NCBI GenBank assembly: GCA_964014945.1
Contig: CAXHCC010000001.1
Span: 1-40,400, forward strand
Origin: an uncultured bacterium
Lineage (GTDB): Bacteria; Bacteroidota; Bacteroidia; 2-12-FULL-35-15
Direction: 5' to 3'
DNA length: 40,400 nt
The notes beneath the pieces were generated by a model. The model saw only the letters and a list, made by a program, of their open reading frames with translations, made no database searches and was not told the origin of the DNA. Position numbers and translations under genes: made by a program. Shown piece by piece: positions 25,873 through 36,131 of the stretch (position 1 is the stretch's first letter; every line of letters begins with the position of its first letter).

Positions 25873-28800
25873 TTAATACGCTAAGTTAGGCCCTAACCAC
25901 CGTTCTGCTTCTTCTAAGCTCATTTTTTTTCTATTGGCATAATCTTCCACTTGGTCTTTATCTAATTTACCAACTCCAAAATAATGTGCTTCTGGGTGTG
26001 CAAAATAAATACCACTCACGGCAGCAGTTGGCACCATTGCCAAACTATCGGTTAAGGTAATGCCTGCGTTTTTTTCTACGTCTAACAGTTTAAACAAAGT
26101 TGGTTTTTCTGTATGGTCGGGTTGCGCCGGATAACCTGGCGCCGGACGAATACCCTTGTATTCTTCTTTAATTAATTCATTGTTGCTAAACGTTTCATCG
26201 CTGGCATAGCCCCAAATTTCTTTTCGTACTTTTTGGTGCATTAGTTCCGTAAACGCTTCCGCTAACCTATCCGCCAAAGCTTTCAACATGATGGCCGAAT
26301 AGTCATCATGATCTGCTTCATAACGTGCCACATGCTCATCTATACCTATACCGGTTGTGCATGCAAAAGCGCCAATATAATCTTGTCCTTCCTCTTTGGG
26401 TTGTACAAAATCAGCTAAGGCTACATTGTATTTTCCTGCAGGTTTTTTTGTTTGCTGACGTATGGAATGAAAGGTGCATAACACCTCTTCACCATTTTCA
26501 TCTAACACTTCTATATCATCATCGTTAACAGCATTTGCTGGAAATAAACCTATTACCGCATTGGCTTTTAACCATTTTTCATCTATTATTTGCTGCAACA
26601 TTTTTTGTGCATCAGCAAACAATTTCTTGGCCTCCTCTCCTCTTTCAGGGTCGTCTAATATACGCGGATAAGCACCTTTCATTTCCCAACTGATAAAAAA
26701 CGGCGTCCAATCTATATAGTCTACTACCTCTTTTAAATCGAAGTCTTCAAATACTTGTATGCCTAATTTTTTAGGTGCAACAGTTGCTGTTTTTGTCCAG
26801 TCGATCGGAAATTTATTAGCCCTTGCTTCTGCAATGCTTACAAATTTATTTTTCGATTTGGCGTTTTTATTTTGCTCTCTTACCCTGTCGTAATCTTTGT
26901 TTAGCTCTTGCACAAAATCGGCTTTCAGGTCTTCAGAAATTAAGCTACCTGCAACAGGTACAGATCTACTGGCATCATTAACATGTACAACAGGGTGTGA
27001 ATAATGCGGTGCAATTTTAACCGCAGTATGCACTTTAGATGTAGTGGCCCCTCCAATCAATAACGGAATGGTAAAGCCTTCTCGCTCCATTTCTTTGGCC
27101 ACGTGTACCATTTCATCTAATGACGGAGTTATTAATCCACTTAAACCAATCACATCTACATTATGATTTTTAGCTTCTTCTAATATTTTTTCTGGCGCTA
27201 CCATAACGCCTAAATCTACAATCTCATAATTGTTACAAGCCAATACAACACCTACAATATTTTTACCAATATCGTGCACATCGCCTTTAACCGTGGCCAT
27301 TAAAATTTTACCGCTATTGCTAGGTCCGGCAACATTTATATTGGCCTCTTTTTCGGCTTTTAAAAAAGGGTCTAAATAAGCTACTGCCTTCTTCATAACA
27401 CGCGCACTTTTTACCACTTGTGGTAAAAACATTTTACCACTTCCAAACAAATCACCTACCACATTCATGCCCGCCATCAAGGGCCCTTCAATTACATTTA
27501 AAGGCTTGCCTAATTCTTTTCTGGCTTCTTCTGTATCCTCATCAATATATTCTACAATACCTTTTACCAAGGCATGTGTTATACGCTCTTGCACGCTTCC
27601 TTGTCGCCATGTTTCATCCTTAGTGTTTTTCTCAACGGAAGTGCCCTTTAATTTTTCTGCATGTTCAATTAACAACTCTGTTGCTTCATCGCTTCTATCA
27701 AACAAAACGTCTTCAACAAGTTTTAACAAATCTTTAGGCACATCGTCGTACACCTGCAGCATAGCAGGGTTTACAATACCCATATCCATACCACATTTAA
27801 TGGCGTGGTATAAAAAGGCAGCGTGTATTGCTTCGCGCACTACATTGTTTCCTCTAAACGAAAACGACACATTACTTACCCCGCCACTTACATGTGCATG
27901 TGGTAAGTTTTCGCGTATCCATTTGGTGGCATCAAAAAAGTCGGTAGCATTTTTACGGTGCTCTTCCATACCTGTTGCCACCGGAAAAATATTCGGGTCA
28001 AAAATGATATCCTGCGGAGGAAAGTTCACTTCGTTTACCAAAATATCATAGGCCCTTTTACAAATTTCAATTCGCCTTTCATAGGTATCCGCCTGCCCTA
28101 CTTCATCAAATGCCATTACAATAACAGCCGCGCCGTATTGTTTAATTTTATGTGCGTAATTAATAAAATTTTCCTCGCCTTCTTTTAAAGAAATAGAGTT
28201 CACAATTGCCTTGCCTTGCACACATTTTAATCCGGCCTCAATCACACTCCACTTTGAAGAGTCTATCATGATAGGCACACGTGAAATATCCGGTTCTGAA
28301 GCAATGAGGTTTAAGAATTTAACCATCACCTCTTCACTATCCAACATGCCTTCGTCAACGTTTATGTCGATTACTTGTGCGCCATTTTCTACTTGATCGC
28401 GTGCAATAGAAAGTGCCTCTTCGTACTCTTCATTTTTAATGAGTCGCAAGAACTTTTTTGACCCCGTAACGTTGGTACGTTCACCAACATTTAAGAAGTT
28501 ACTTTCTGGTCTAATGGTTAGCGGTTCTAAACCACTTAAGTGCATTAGTTCATCGCGCTGTGGTTTTTTTCGCGGCTTACTTTCGGCTGCTAATTGCGCA
28601 ATGCGATTTATATGATCGGGCGTTGTACCACAACACCCTCCTATTAAGTTTACAAATCCTGACTTTAAAAAGTCGTCAACCTGTTGCCCCATTTCATCCG
28701 CATCTTGGTCGTATTCGCCAAACTGATTAGGCAAGCCCGCATTTGGGTAAACGCTAACAAAAAAGGGGGCCTTTTCCGATAACTCAGAAACATAGGGCCT

Positions 28801-29559
28801 CATTTCTTTGGCGCCTAATGAGCAGTTTAAGCCCACACTTAATAAATCAATATGTGAAACAGAATTCAAAAATGCTTCTGTTGTTTGTCCTGATAAGGTT
28901 CTGCCACTAGCATCCGTAATAGTACCCGAAACCATAACCGGTAAACGCTTACCAATTTCTTTGGCGTGGTTTTCAATAGCAAACAATGCGGCTTTGGCAT
29001 TCAGTGTATCAAAAATTGTTTCAACCAACAACAAGTCTGCACCACCATCTACCAAGCCCCTCACCTGTTCTTGGTAGGCCTCTACCAAGGCATCAAATGT
29101 AATGGCCCTAAAACCAGGATCGTTTACATCAGGAGAAATAGAAAGAGTTCTGTTTGTTGGCCCCATGGCACCTGCCACAAATTTGGCTATATCCTTTTTA
29201 TCTGGGTTTTCTTCATAAAATTTTGCAATGGCCGCTTTTCCGTTTTTAGCTGCTTCAACATTTAACTCATAGGCCAACTCCTCCATGTTATAATCAGCCA
29301 TACCAACAGAGGTGCTGCTAAAGGTATTAGTGGCAATAATATCTGCACCGGCATTTAAATAGCTTAAATGAATGGCCTGAATTATTTCTGGTTGAGTAAT
29401 AGAAAGTAAATCGTTATTTCCTTTTAGGTCAGTTTCAAAATCGGCAAAACGTTTCCCCCTAAAGTCTTTTTCCTCTAGTTGGTATTCTTGTATCATAGTG
29501 CCCATGGCACCATCAATTACAAGTATGCGTTTTTCTAATTCTTTTCTTATATCTGACAT
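25873..29559 (-). CDS. metH: Cobalamin-dependent methionine synthase
   Basis: A 1228-aa ORF with all modules. Hcy domain (GGCCGTTP). Pterin-binding domain. B12-binding motif (DVHDIGKN). AdoMet activation domain ([15 protein letters not shown]). Confidence 0.95.
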   Translation of the reverse strand: MSDIRKELEKRILVIDGAMGTMIQEYQLEEKDFRGKRFADFETDLKGNNDLLSITQPEIIQAIHLSYLNAGADIIATNTFSSTSVGMADYNMEELAYELNVEAAKNGKAAIAKFYEENPDKKDIAKFVAGAMGPTNRTLSISPDVNDPGFRAITFDALVEAYQEQVRGLVDGGADLLLVETIFDTLNAKAALFAIENHAKEIGKRLPVMVSGTITDASGRTLSGQTTEAFLNSVSHIDLLSVGLNCSLGAKEMRPYVSELSEKAPFFVSVYPNAGLPNQFGEYDQDADEMGQQVDDFLKSGFVNLIGGCCGTTPDHINRIAQLAAESKPRKKPQRDELMHLSGLEPLTIRPESNFLNVGERTNVTGSKKFLRLIKNEEYEEALSIARDQVENGAQVIDINVDEGMLDSEEVMVKFLNLIASEPDISRVPIMIDSSKWSVIEAGLKCVQGKAIVNSISLKEGEENFINYAHKIKQYGAAVIVMAFDEVGQADTYERRIEICKRAYDILVNEVNFPPQDIIFDPNIFPVATGMEEHRKNATDFFDATKWIRENLPHAHVSGGVSNVSFSFRGNNVVREAIHAAFLYHAIKCGMDMGIVNPAMLQVYDDVPKDLLKLVEDVLFDRSDEATELLIEHAEKLKGTSVEKNTKDETWRQGSVQERITHALVKGIVEYIDEDTEEARKELGKPLNVIEGPLMAGMNVVGDLFGSGKMFLPQVVKSARVMKKAVAYLDPFLKAEKEANINVAGPSNSGKILMATVKGDVHDIGKNIVGVVLACNNYEIVDLGVMVAPEKILEEAKNHNVDVIGLSGLITPSLDEMVHVAKEMEREGFTIPLLIGGATTSKVHTAVKIAPHYSHPVVHVNDASRSVPVAGSLISEDLKADFVQELNKDYDRVREQNKNAKSKNKFVSIAEARANKFPIDWTKTATVAPKKLGIQVFEDFDLKEVVDYIDWTPFFISWEMKGAYPRILDDPERGEEAKKLFADAQKMLQQIIDEKWLKANAVIGLFPANAVNDDDIEVLDENGEEVLCTFHSIRQQTKKPAGKYNVALADFVQPKEEGQDYIGAFACTTGIGIDEHVARYEADHDDYSAIMLKALADRLAEAFTELMHQKVRKEIWGYASDETFSNNELIKEEYKGIRPAPGYPAQPDHTEKPTLFKLLDVEKNAGITLTDSLAMVPTAAVSGIYFAHPEAHYFGVGKLDKDQVEDYANRKKMSLEEAERWLGPNLAY

Positions 29560-29631
29560 ATTTGCTCAAAAAAAAAGCCCTTCTTACGTATTATCGTCAG
29601 AGGAGCTTCATTATTATTTTTATTACTCTGA

Positions 29632-29733
29632 CTTATCTGCATTTGTGAAAATCACAAATCAGGAATTAGCACCTTTCCATTACTGGGGTTGCTAAGGTTT
29701 CACCGGGCATGTCCCTCCACCTTTCTTGATAAG
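29632..29733 (-). promoter_or_regulatory. SAM-I (S-box) riboswitch aptamer in the metH leader
   Basis: Minus-strand read: CTTATCAAGAAAGGTGGAGGGACATGCCCGGTGAAACCTTAGCAACCCCAGTAATGGAAAGGTGCTAATTCCTGATTTGTGATTTTCACAAATGCAGATAAG. The P1 arms are CTTATC / GATAAG. The conserved cores GGTGGAGGGA, GCCC..GAAACC, GCAACC and GGTGCTAA are all present. Confidence 0.85.
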
Positions 29734-29790
29734 TACACGAAAAGCAAGCTTTTCGTTATTATTTAAACGTTACTACTAAAAGAACTTGTG

Positions 29791-29798
29791 CAAAGGTA
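29791..29798 (-). promoter_or_regulatory. Candidate -7 box TACCTTTG for the riboswitch-metH transcript
   Basis: TAnnTTTG on the minus strand with a TTTG 16 nt upstream. It lies about 58 nt upstream of the aptamer 5' end. Confidence 0.45.
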
Positions 29799-29858
29799 AT
29801 TAAAATATTTACAGCAAAGTGATTCTTTTGCAAGGTGCTTTTTATCCGTTTTGTTCCC

Positions 29859-31775
29859 TTACATTTCAACTACTAAAAACTCTACCCTCCTATTCAACTG
29901 GCGGCCTTCTTTAGTTTCGTTTGTGGCAATCGGTTGCGTTTCTCCGTAGCCCTTGGCGCTTAACCTACTCGCATCAATACCATGTGCTATTAAATAATTT
30001 ACCACCGCATTTGCCCTATTGTGCGATAAGGTAAGGTTTGCGCTAGCAGCACCAACATTATCCGTATGCCCGCTAACCTCAATGCGTATGTTTGTGTTTT
30101 CCCTTAACAACTTCACAGCCCTATCCAGCTCCACAGCACTTTCAGGCTTTAAATCTGCTTTGGCTGTTTCAAAAAATATGTTGTTCAACACAATTTTTAA
30201 GCCTTTTTCTATTGGACTTAAAGCAATATTCTTTGTCATTTCTTTATAAGGTGTACCTACTGGAATATTAAAGTTGTTGGAGTAAAAGAAATAGTTTTCT
30301 TTTGCAATGGAAACGCTATAATGTTTGCCTTCAGGAAGCACTACCAAATAGCTACCCGTTGCCGAATTGCTTTGGCTTTTAGCAATGAGCTCTCCATTGC
30401 TCAAGTCTTCAACTAAAACTACGGCGCTAATAGCTTCTCCTGACTTTTGGTTGGTTACAACACCACTTACAATAACGGTAGGGGTTGGTTGTACTTTTTT
30501 GGGAATTGTTACTTCAAATAAATTCATCACATCGTTTCTTCTTTCTGAAGCCATATAAGCCACCTCCCCTGGCCCACCTATAGTAAAGTATAAGTCAGAT
30601 TTATCTGTATTTACCGGGGTGCCCATATTCACAGGTTCTCCCCAAACATTGTTTTCAAACCTGCTAGTAAACACATCAAAGTCGCCAAAACCGGGGTGCC
30701 CCTTTGAGGCAAAATAAAGTGTTTTTCTATCGGCACTGATAAATGGCGATTTATCCTCAAATGGGGTGTTAATGATTGGCCCTAAGTTCTGCGGTGTACC
30801 CCAACGGTTATCATCAATTTTAATGGTAACATAAATATCTTCTTCACCATACCCTCCGCTTCTGCTTGAAGAAAAATAAATACGTTTGCCATCAGATGAA
30901 ATGCTTGGTTGGGAATCCCAAGCTGCAGAATTAACCGTAGAGCCCATATTTACCGGTTGACTCCAAGTATTGCCTCGCAAATAAGAAATATACAAATCGC
31001 AACTACCTTGTGAATCCTTTCTTCCACAAGCAGTAAATACCATGGTTTGGCCATCAGCAGAAATGGCTGGCGCCCCCTCGTTGCTTATAGAGTTTAACGG
31101 TGGCGGAAGGAGTTGTGGTGTTTGCCACATGCCATTCTCTTTGTCGGTATAATACAAATCCTCGTCGCCTTCAGCATCATCGCCAATTTCCGCTAATAAG
31201 CCTCCAAATCGCGTACTGGTAAAATAAATTCGTCTACCATTAGGAATTGTTGATGGCATGTAGTCGTCTTGATTGCTATTAACGGCAATTCCTAAACTAA
31301 TGGGTGGTGGCAACTCCGATTCGGCACTTTTTCGTACTACCGGACTTTCCCTAGCGTAACGTAACCGGCACTTACCTCTGCGTAAATGAATATCGTTATC
31401 TGCATATCTAATAACAAAACTGTTGTAGGCAATGGCCGCATTCATAAAGTCGCCTTGCTCTAAATAGGCTTCACCTAACTGATAATAAAACCAGGCGCTG
31501 TATTCTGGGTTAAGTGCTATTAGCTCATTAAAGTACTCTATAGCCATTTCGTTATCATCTATATATTTATATGAAAGAGCTAAATAATAAATGGCCTCCT
31601 CATCGGTATTTGATGCATCATATGCCTTTAATAATTTCGGAATGGCTTGTTCGTAACGCCCTTTGTCAAAAAACATTTTTCCTTCATCTAAATACATCTC
31701 ATCCATGGATACAAGTTGTGCTGAAAGGTTTCCTATAAAGCAACACAAAAAAACAAGAGCAACAATTTTTTTCAT
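29859..31775 (-). CDS. OmpA-family envelope protein with TPR, PD40 (TolB-like) repeats and a CarboxypepD_reg-like domain
   Basis: The start was revised to MKKIVALVFLCCFIGNLSAQ, because the tracked upstream extension runs through a terminator hairpin. PD40 units: DDYMPSTIPNGRRIYFTS, WDSQPSISSDGKRIYFSS, EDKSPFISADRKTLYFAS. OmpA C-terminus: GHTDNVG...LSHNRANAV...NRRVEF. Confidence 0.85.
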   Translation of the reverse strand: MKKIVALVFLCCFIGNLSAQLVSMDEMYLDEGKMFFDKGRYEQAIPKLLKAYDASNTDEEAIYYLALSYKYIDDNEMAIEYFNELIALNPEYSAWFYYQLGEAYLEQGDFMNAAIAYNSFVIRYADNDIHLRRGKCRLRYARESPVVRKSAESELPPPISLGIAVNSNQDDYMPSTIPNGRRIYFTSTRFGGLLAEIGDDAEGDEDLYYTDKENGMWQTPQLLPPPLNSISNEGAPAISADGQTMVFTACGRKDSQGSCDLYISYLRGNTWSQPVNMGSTVNSAAWDSQPSISSDGKRIYFSSSRSGGYGEEDIYVTIKIDDNRWGTPQNLGPIINTPFEDKSPFISADRKTLYFASKGHPGFGDFDVFTSRFENNVWGEPVNMGTPVNTDKSDLYFTIGGPGEVAYMASERRNDVMNLFEVTIPKKVQPTPTVIVSGVVTNQKSGEAISAVVLVEDLSNGELIAKSQSNSATGSYLVVLPEGKHYSVSIAKENYFFYSNNFNIPVGTPYKEMTKNIALSPIEKGLKIVLNNIFFETAKADLKPESAVELDRAVKLLRENTNIRIEVSGHTDNVGAASANLTLSHNRANAVVNYLIAHGIDASRLSAKGYGETQPIATNETKEGRQLNRRVEFLVVEM

Positions 31776-31804
31776 AATAACTAATAAATAGTGAGCACTA
31801 AAAA

Positions 31805-31839
31805 CAAAAAGCGATGAGGGCATTTTCCTCATCGCTTTT
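31805..31839 (-). terminator. Rho-independent terminator after the beta-propeller gene
   Basis: aaaaagcgatgagg-gcatttt-cctcatcgcttttt forms a perfect 14-bp stem. On the minus strand it runs into TTTTTGTTTT. Confidence 0.75.
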
Positions 31840-31859
31840 TAATAACTACAGCAATACGC

Positions 31860-33503
31860 TTATTTTGTTTTTAACTTGGTAACAGTTTTTTTCTCGTAAA
31901 TGTAAACGAAGTTGCCATCTTTTGATAAAGCCACCCCTGCACCTTTACGGGCTTTAAATTGCTTGTATTTACATGTACGCAAATCAAAGCAAGCAATATC
32001 AGAACGCAAGGTTTTCATGATGGCATAATCACCAATAGCGTCGTGTAAAAACGATTTTTTGTATTTACCACTGCTATTTAATTTACCATCGCTAATGTTG
32101 TGTGCAGATACTCCTTTAGATCCAATTACTATTACTTGATCGTTGTAAACCATGATTTTCTCACCTCTTCCAATCCCGTCTTCTTTTAATTCTTTTTCAT
32201 AGTTCATATCCCCAGTAGCAGCAACAATTGAATACAAAGCTTTACCACTTGAAACTATTACATTGCCCTCATTGGTAAAAGAGTTAGATATTCCTTTTTT
32301 AAAGCGTTCTGAACGCCACGCTGCTTCTCCGTTGCTGGTATTGATAGCCATTAAACCCCATGGTTTAACATCTGGATACCAAATTCTATCTTCGTACGAA
32401 ATTGATACAGAACCATCAGCATTTTTAGTTGTTACCTTAACACGCGCTTGTGCTTCAACGGTACCACCTATTTGCAATATTATTTTATCGCCCGATTTCG
32501 CAATTACGGGTATAGCTCTTGCAGCTTTTATTTCAGCAGAAGTCCATAATAGTTTGCCAGAGTTTTTATCATACTTTTTTAAGTATTGTGACTTTGTGTT
32601 TGACATATCCAACACATACACATCGTCTCCGTCAAATAATGGCTCAGCTACAGCACCATACACCCCAAACCTAACCGCATCTTTTGGTGGGCGAATTACT
32701 TGTGCAGTAAAATCAAATGCCGCAGCCCACAGCTTGGCGCCTGTTTTAAAACTATACGTTTGTATACCGTTCATCTTTAATACCACCATATCATCTTCCA
32801 AGTCAAGCGTAAAAATAAACTCACGTGTAATGGCTTTACGCTCTGCTCTACCAATATATGCTTGCTCCCAAGCAATTTCCCCATTGGTTAAGTTTATTTT
32901 AGCTATTTGGTTTTTAAAGCCTGAAAACAACGCGCCTAAACCTGAAGGTTTAAAGTTAACAGCAACAATAAACCCGTCTTTCCAAACGTATTTACCAATT
33001 ACACCTTTAAAGGTTGATGTGCTCCATTTTTCTTCACCAGTTCTAGCTTTAATAAAAACCAGCTTGTCTTTTAACGAAACAGCAAAGCCTTTTTCCTCTG
33101 CTATATAAACAATGTTATCTTCAGAAAGATTTTGGTACTTTTCTGTTGTCCATAAGAGTTCACCTGTTTTTAAGTCAACACAAGCAATTTGGTCTTTACC
33201 AACTTTTCTGTCGAATAAAAATATGATATCTCCTTCCCAAAAAGGTATTAGTACGTCTACCTTTCTTAATTTAGGGGCAATTTCCTTAAATGCTTTAGTC
33301 CATTTTACCTGCCCTGTAGAGTGGTCGAAAATTGATAGTTGTTTGTCTGAAGCTGCATAACTTACTTCTCCGTCCCCCTCTAGTCCGGTTCCATAACGGG
33401 TAATTTTGTGCTCTAGCTTTAACTCGTAAACAGACGTCATTTCGTCTTGAGCATAACCAGCTATACCAGCAATTAATAGTAATCCTAATAGTAGTTTTTT
33501 CAT
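31860..33503 (-). CDS. Secreted PQQ-like/BamB-like beta-propeller repeat protein
   Basis: Signal peptide MKKLLLGLLLIAGIAGYAQ. There are at least 7 recurrences of the tGe..W motif: TGQVKWT, TGELLWT, TGEEKWS, NGEIAWE, TGAKLWA, SGKLLWT, NGEAAWR. Confidence 0.65.
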   Translation of the reverse strand: MKKLLLGLLLIAGIAGYAQDEMTSVYELKLEHKITRYGTGLEGDGEVSYAASDKQLSIFDHSTGQVKWTKAFKEIAPKLRKVDVLIPFWEGDIIFLFDRKVGKDQIACVDLKTGELLWTTEKYQNLSEDNIVYIAEEKGFAVSLKDKLVFIKARTGEEKWSTSTFKGVIGKYVWKDGFIVAVNFKPSGLGALFSGFKNQIAKINLTNGEIAWEQAYIGRAERKAITREFIFTLDLEDDMVVLKMNGIQTYSFKTGAKLWAAAFDFTAQVIRPPKDAVRFGVYGAVAEPLFDGDDVYVLDMSNTKSQYLKKYDKNSGKLLWTSAEIKAARAIPVIAKSGDKIILQIGGTVEAQARVKVTTKNADGSVSISYEDRIWYPDVKPWGLMAINTSNGEAAWRSERFKKGISNSFTNEGNVIVSSGKALYSIVAATGDMNYEKELKEDGIGRGEKIMVYNDQVIVIGSKGVSAHNISDGKLNSSGKYKKSFLHDAIGDYAIMKTLRSDIACFDLRTCKYKQFKARKGAGVALSKDGNFVYIYEKKTVTKLKTK

Positions 33504-33521
33504 GATTGATTGGTTGTTTGT

Positions 33522-33899
33522 TTATTTATTAAAATTAAATTGATAACGGAATTTATAACTTTTGTTTTTAGGCATCTTAAAGCCCATTTTCATTTCCTTA
33601 ATATAATCTGTTAACATATTTTGCACTTCAATACTACCTCCATCTCGGTTCACCACAAACACTGAGGCCACCTCTCCTTTGTTGCGTATAGTAATATCTA
33701 TTACATAAGCTCCAGTAAAGTTGTTTTCTTTCGCCAGCAAGTCTAGGTCTCCACCTTCTTCCATCGCAGTTGTAAATACTTGTGCCGCGGTTGATATAAT
33801 CTCTTTTTGATCGCTAATCAGGTTTTTTTGTGCGAATGATTGGGTGCTAAAAAAAGAACACAATAACGCAACAAGGCTTAGTTTAAGTCTGGTCTCCAT
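33522..33899 (-). CDS. Hypothetical secreted protein (125 aa)
   Basis: Signal peptide ...SFFSTQSFAQ. It overlaps the upstream gene by 22 nt, which suggests an operon. Confidence 0.5.
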   Translation of the reverse strand: METRLKLSLVALLCSFFSTQSFAQKNLISDQKEIISTAAQVFTTAMEEGGDLDLLAKENNFTGAYVIDITIRNKGEVASVFVVNRDGGSIEVQNMLTDYIKEMKMGFKMPKNKSYKFRYQFNFNK

Positions 33900-35020
33900 A
33901 GTATCGTTTGGTTTCCTGTTGTAATAATTATTGAACGATTGGGTAAAAAAGCAAAGCTTGCTTTACCATCAACATACATTTGTTTTTTCATGCCCGCGAA
34001 AATGCGCTGGCGTGTATCAAACCTTGCCAACATTTTGCCGTTAGCGTAGTCATAAATATTTATTTGAGGAGCCATATCAAACGACACCACGCCAAAGAGT
34101 TTTTGAGTTTTGTTTTCGATAAAATCGGGTTCATAAGAGGCCAGTGAAACAAATGAAGTGCGTGCAGGTTCACCCGAAGGCATATCTATCGTATTAATAT
34201 ACCCTTGCCTACCAGCAGAGGAAACTTGCATTTTAAGATGGGGTATGCTGTAGCAAAATAATCGCTCTCCTTTTCTTGAAAACTGCAAACGGTATACAAT
34301 ATCGTAAAGCTCATTTACAGTTTTTATTTTTGTGAAGTTGCTTGTTTCGTAAAGGCTAATCATTTGCCTATACTTCATAGCCGGTTTTATTGCCTTTTTG
34401 TTATTTCGAATACTCGGCACGCCTTTTACCTGATCCAAAGTTGGCCTATGTGAAACCGCAATGGTAGAGCCGTCAGGGCTAATTGCCACAGAGTTGGTTG
34501 CATTAAGTACAGTAAAACTTTTGGTTTTTTTACCTGAAGGCAGCTCATAAAATGTTACCTCATCACCCGAAAGGGAAACAAAAAAACTTTCATCGTTGGC
34601 AATCTTTAATGAGTGTACATTGTTTACTTTTTTAACTACTTTTCCTGTAGTGGCGTCAACAATTTCAAAGGCGCCTTCTCTATCTTTATTGGGTGCCCAA
34701 TCAATGGCAAAAATCCGCTGTAATAAAATATATTTTCCGGTTGTAGAATATGAAACCTTGCTTCCGGCATACCAATTACCAACATTAAATTCGTTTATAA
34801 TTTTATCTTGCCTCCAATCATAAATGAACAAAGGTGTGCCTTGCATGCCAGCCATGGCAACGTGTTTGCCATCAGGAGAAATAGCAACACCCGTGCGCAT
34901 AGTTTTATTTCCGCCAGCATGTAGCTGTTTAAAATCTACATTTTGTTGTGCTTTAGCAAACACCAGTATGCAAGCAAGCAGAAACGTGAAAATATTCTTT
35001 ATGTTGAATAGGCCCAGCAT
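33878..35020 (-). CDS. Secreted WD40/beta-propeller-like repeat protein
   Basis: Signal peptide ...LVFAKAQ. Recurring ISPDG motifs (VAISPDGKHVAMAG, VAISPDGSTIAVS) are typical of propeller blades. Confidence 0.55.
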   Translation of the reverse strand: MLGLFNIKNIFTFLLACILVFAKAQQNVDFKQLHAGGNKTMRTGVAISPDGKHVAMAGMQGTPLFIYDWRQDKIINEFNVGNWYAGSKVSYSTTGKYILLQRIFAIDWAPNKDREGAFEIVDATTGKVVKKVNNVHSLKIANDESFFVSLSGDEVTFYELPSGKKTKSFTVLNATNSVAISPDGSTIAVSHRPTLDQVKGVPSIRNNKKAIKPAMKYRQMISLYETSNFTKIKTVNELYDIVYRLQFSRKGERLFCYSIPHLKMQVSSAGRQGYINTIDMPSGEPARTSFVSLASYEPDFIENKTQKLFGVVSFDMAPQINIYDYANGKMLARFDTRQRIFAGMKKQMYVDGKASFAFLPNRSIIITTGNQTILWRPDLN

Positions 35021-35199
35021 AATTTAGGAGCAAATCTATATAATTTTTTTATTGCTACAAGTGAGTTTGTTAGGCAATAATCATGTTGTTAATCATATTT
35101 TAACATTAAATCAATTTACTTCGTATAACTGCACAACTCTTTCAACGATAATTTGTATCGCAATATCGATTGGTAGTAAGCAATATGTGTTTAATAACA

Positions 35200-35207
35200 T
35201 ATATTTG
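35200..35207 (+). promoter_or_regulatory. Candidate -7 box TATATTTG
   Basis: TAnnTTTG lies 25 nt upstream of ATG 35233 and inside the tracked 35170 ORF. This argues for the downstream start. Confidence 0.4.
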
Positions 35208-35232
35208 TACCGCACAACCAGCCATAAGTATA

Positions 35233-35667
35233 ATGGATTTACACCTACATTTTATATTGCTTAACTCCGATTTTAATCAGTCTATTGCCGACGATTTTAA
35301 TGACGGCGATGAATCGGAAGACAACGTAAAACGAGTTTGGGAAGATGAGTTAAAAGTTGCACAATCTGTAGTGGCACATAAAATTAGTCATAACCAAACC
35401 TATACCTTGGCGGGGTTTTATGGCGATGATAAGCCCTTTGAGTTTAAAATTCCGAATGTAAGTTTAATTGAATGCGAAACAAATAGCGGTGAAAATATTA
35501 AGTTTGCGGTTTCAAAAAAACTGATAAAATCAATTGATAAAAATATAAACGAAGAAAAAAACGAAGGCCATATTACGGTGTACTTAAAGGACAGCACACC
35601 GCTAGAAAACCCTGTTAGTGGGGTGTATATAGATAAGGCCGATTTTCCAAAGGAGTTGTTACAATAA
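35233..35667 (+). CDS. Hypothetical acidic protein (144 aa)
   Basis: ORF with the start revised to MDLHLHF. No motif was recognised. Confidence 0.45.
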   Translation: MDLHLHFILLNSDFNQSIADDFNDGDESEDNVKRVWEDELKVAQSVVAHKISHNQTYTLAGFYGDDKPFEFKIPNVSLIECETNSGENIKFAVSKKLIKSIDKNINEEKNEGHITVYLKDSTPLENPVSGVYIDKADFPKELLQ

Positions 35668-35674
35668 GCGAATT

Positions 35675-36130
35675 ATGGATAAGTTATCTTTTTTAAAAGA
35701 CGAGCTGCCTACATTAATGGCGAAACTAAAAGCAGGCGATAAAGGAAATTGGGGGGTGCTAACCGCCCAAGGAATGGTGGAACATTTAGGCGATGCTTTG
35801 CGTGAAGCAAACGGCAAAACACCTATTAAAACACTTACGCCTCCGGACAAATTGGAGAAGGCAAAAAGTTTTGCCATGAGCGATAAACCATTTAAAGAAA
35901 ACACAAAAAACAGTATGATGAGCGCAGAGCCCGCTCAACTAAACTTTATAAGTATTGATGCTGCAATTGTTGATTACCAAAAAGAAATAAAAGCGTTTAT
36001 TAAGCACTTTAAAGGGAAAGAAGAGTCAACGCTACCCAACCCCTTTTTTGGCGATTTAAACTTTGCCGAATGGACACATTTGCTCCACAAACACGCAACA
36101 CATCATTGCAAACAGTTTAACCTATTGTAA
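35675..36130 (+). CDS. DinB-superfamily protein (DUF1569-like)
   Basis: The C-terminal FAEWTHLLHKHATHHCKQFNLL matches the W..L..KH..HH..QF signature. Confidence 0.65.
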   Translation: MDKLSFLKDELPTLMAKLKAGDKGNWGVLTAQGMVEHLGDALREANGKTPIKTLTPPDKLEKAKSFAMSDKPFKENTKNSMMSAEPAQLNFISIDAAIVDYQKEIKAFIKHFKGKEESTLPNPFFGDLNFAEWTHLLHKHATHHCKQFNLL

Positions 36131-36131
36131 C

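Noticed and set aside
27467-28051. A 194-aa plus-strand ORF, plus other plus-strand ORFs between 26325 and 29265
   Set aside because: They are antisense to metH, whose 1228-aa product carries every expected module.
32263-33108. A 281-aa plus-strand ORF
   Set aside because: It lies wholly antisense to the beta-propeller gene, which has a signal peptide and a periodic tGe..W motif. The plus-strand product is low-complexity Ser/Ala/Leu-rich, as expected for an antisense frame.
36063-36131. The tracked N-terminal extension of the ThiF/MoeB ORF (MPNGHICSTNTQ...)
   Set aside because: It overlaps the 3' end of the DinB-like gene in another frame. ATG 36132 gives the canonical MoeB/ThiF N-terminus (LS.EE..RYSRQI.L) and starts one nt after the upstream stop.
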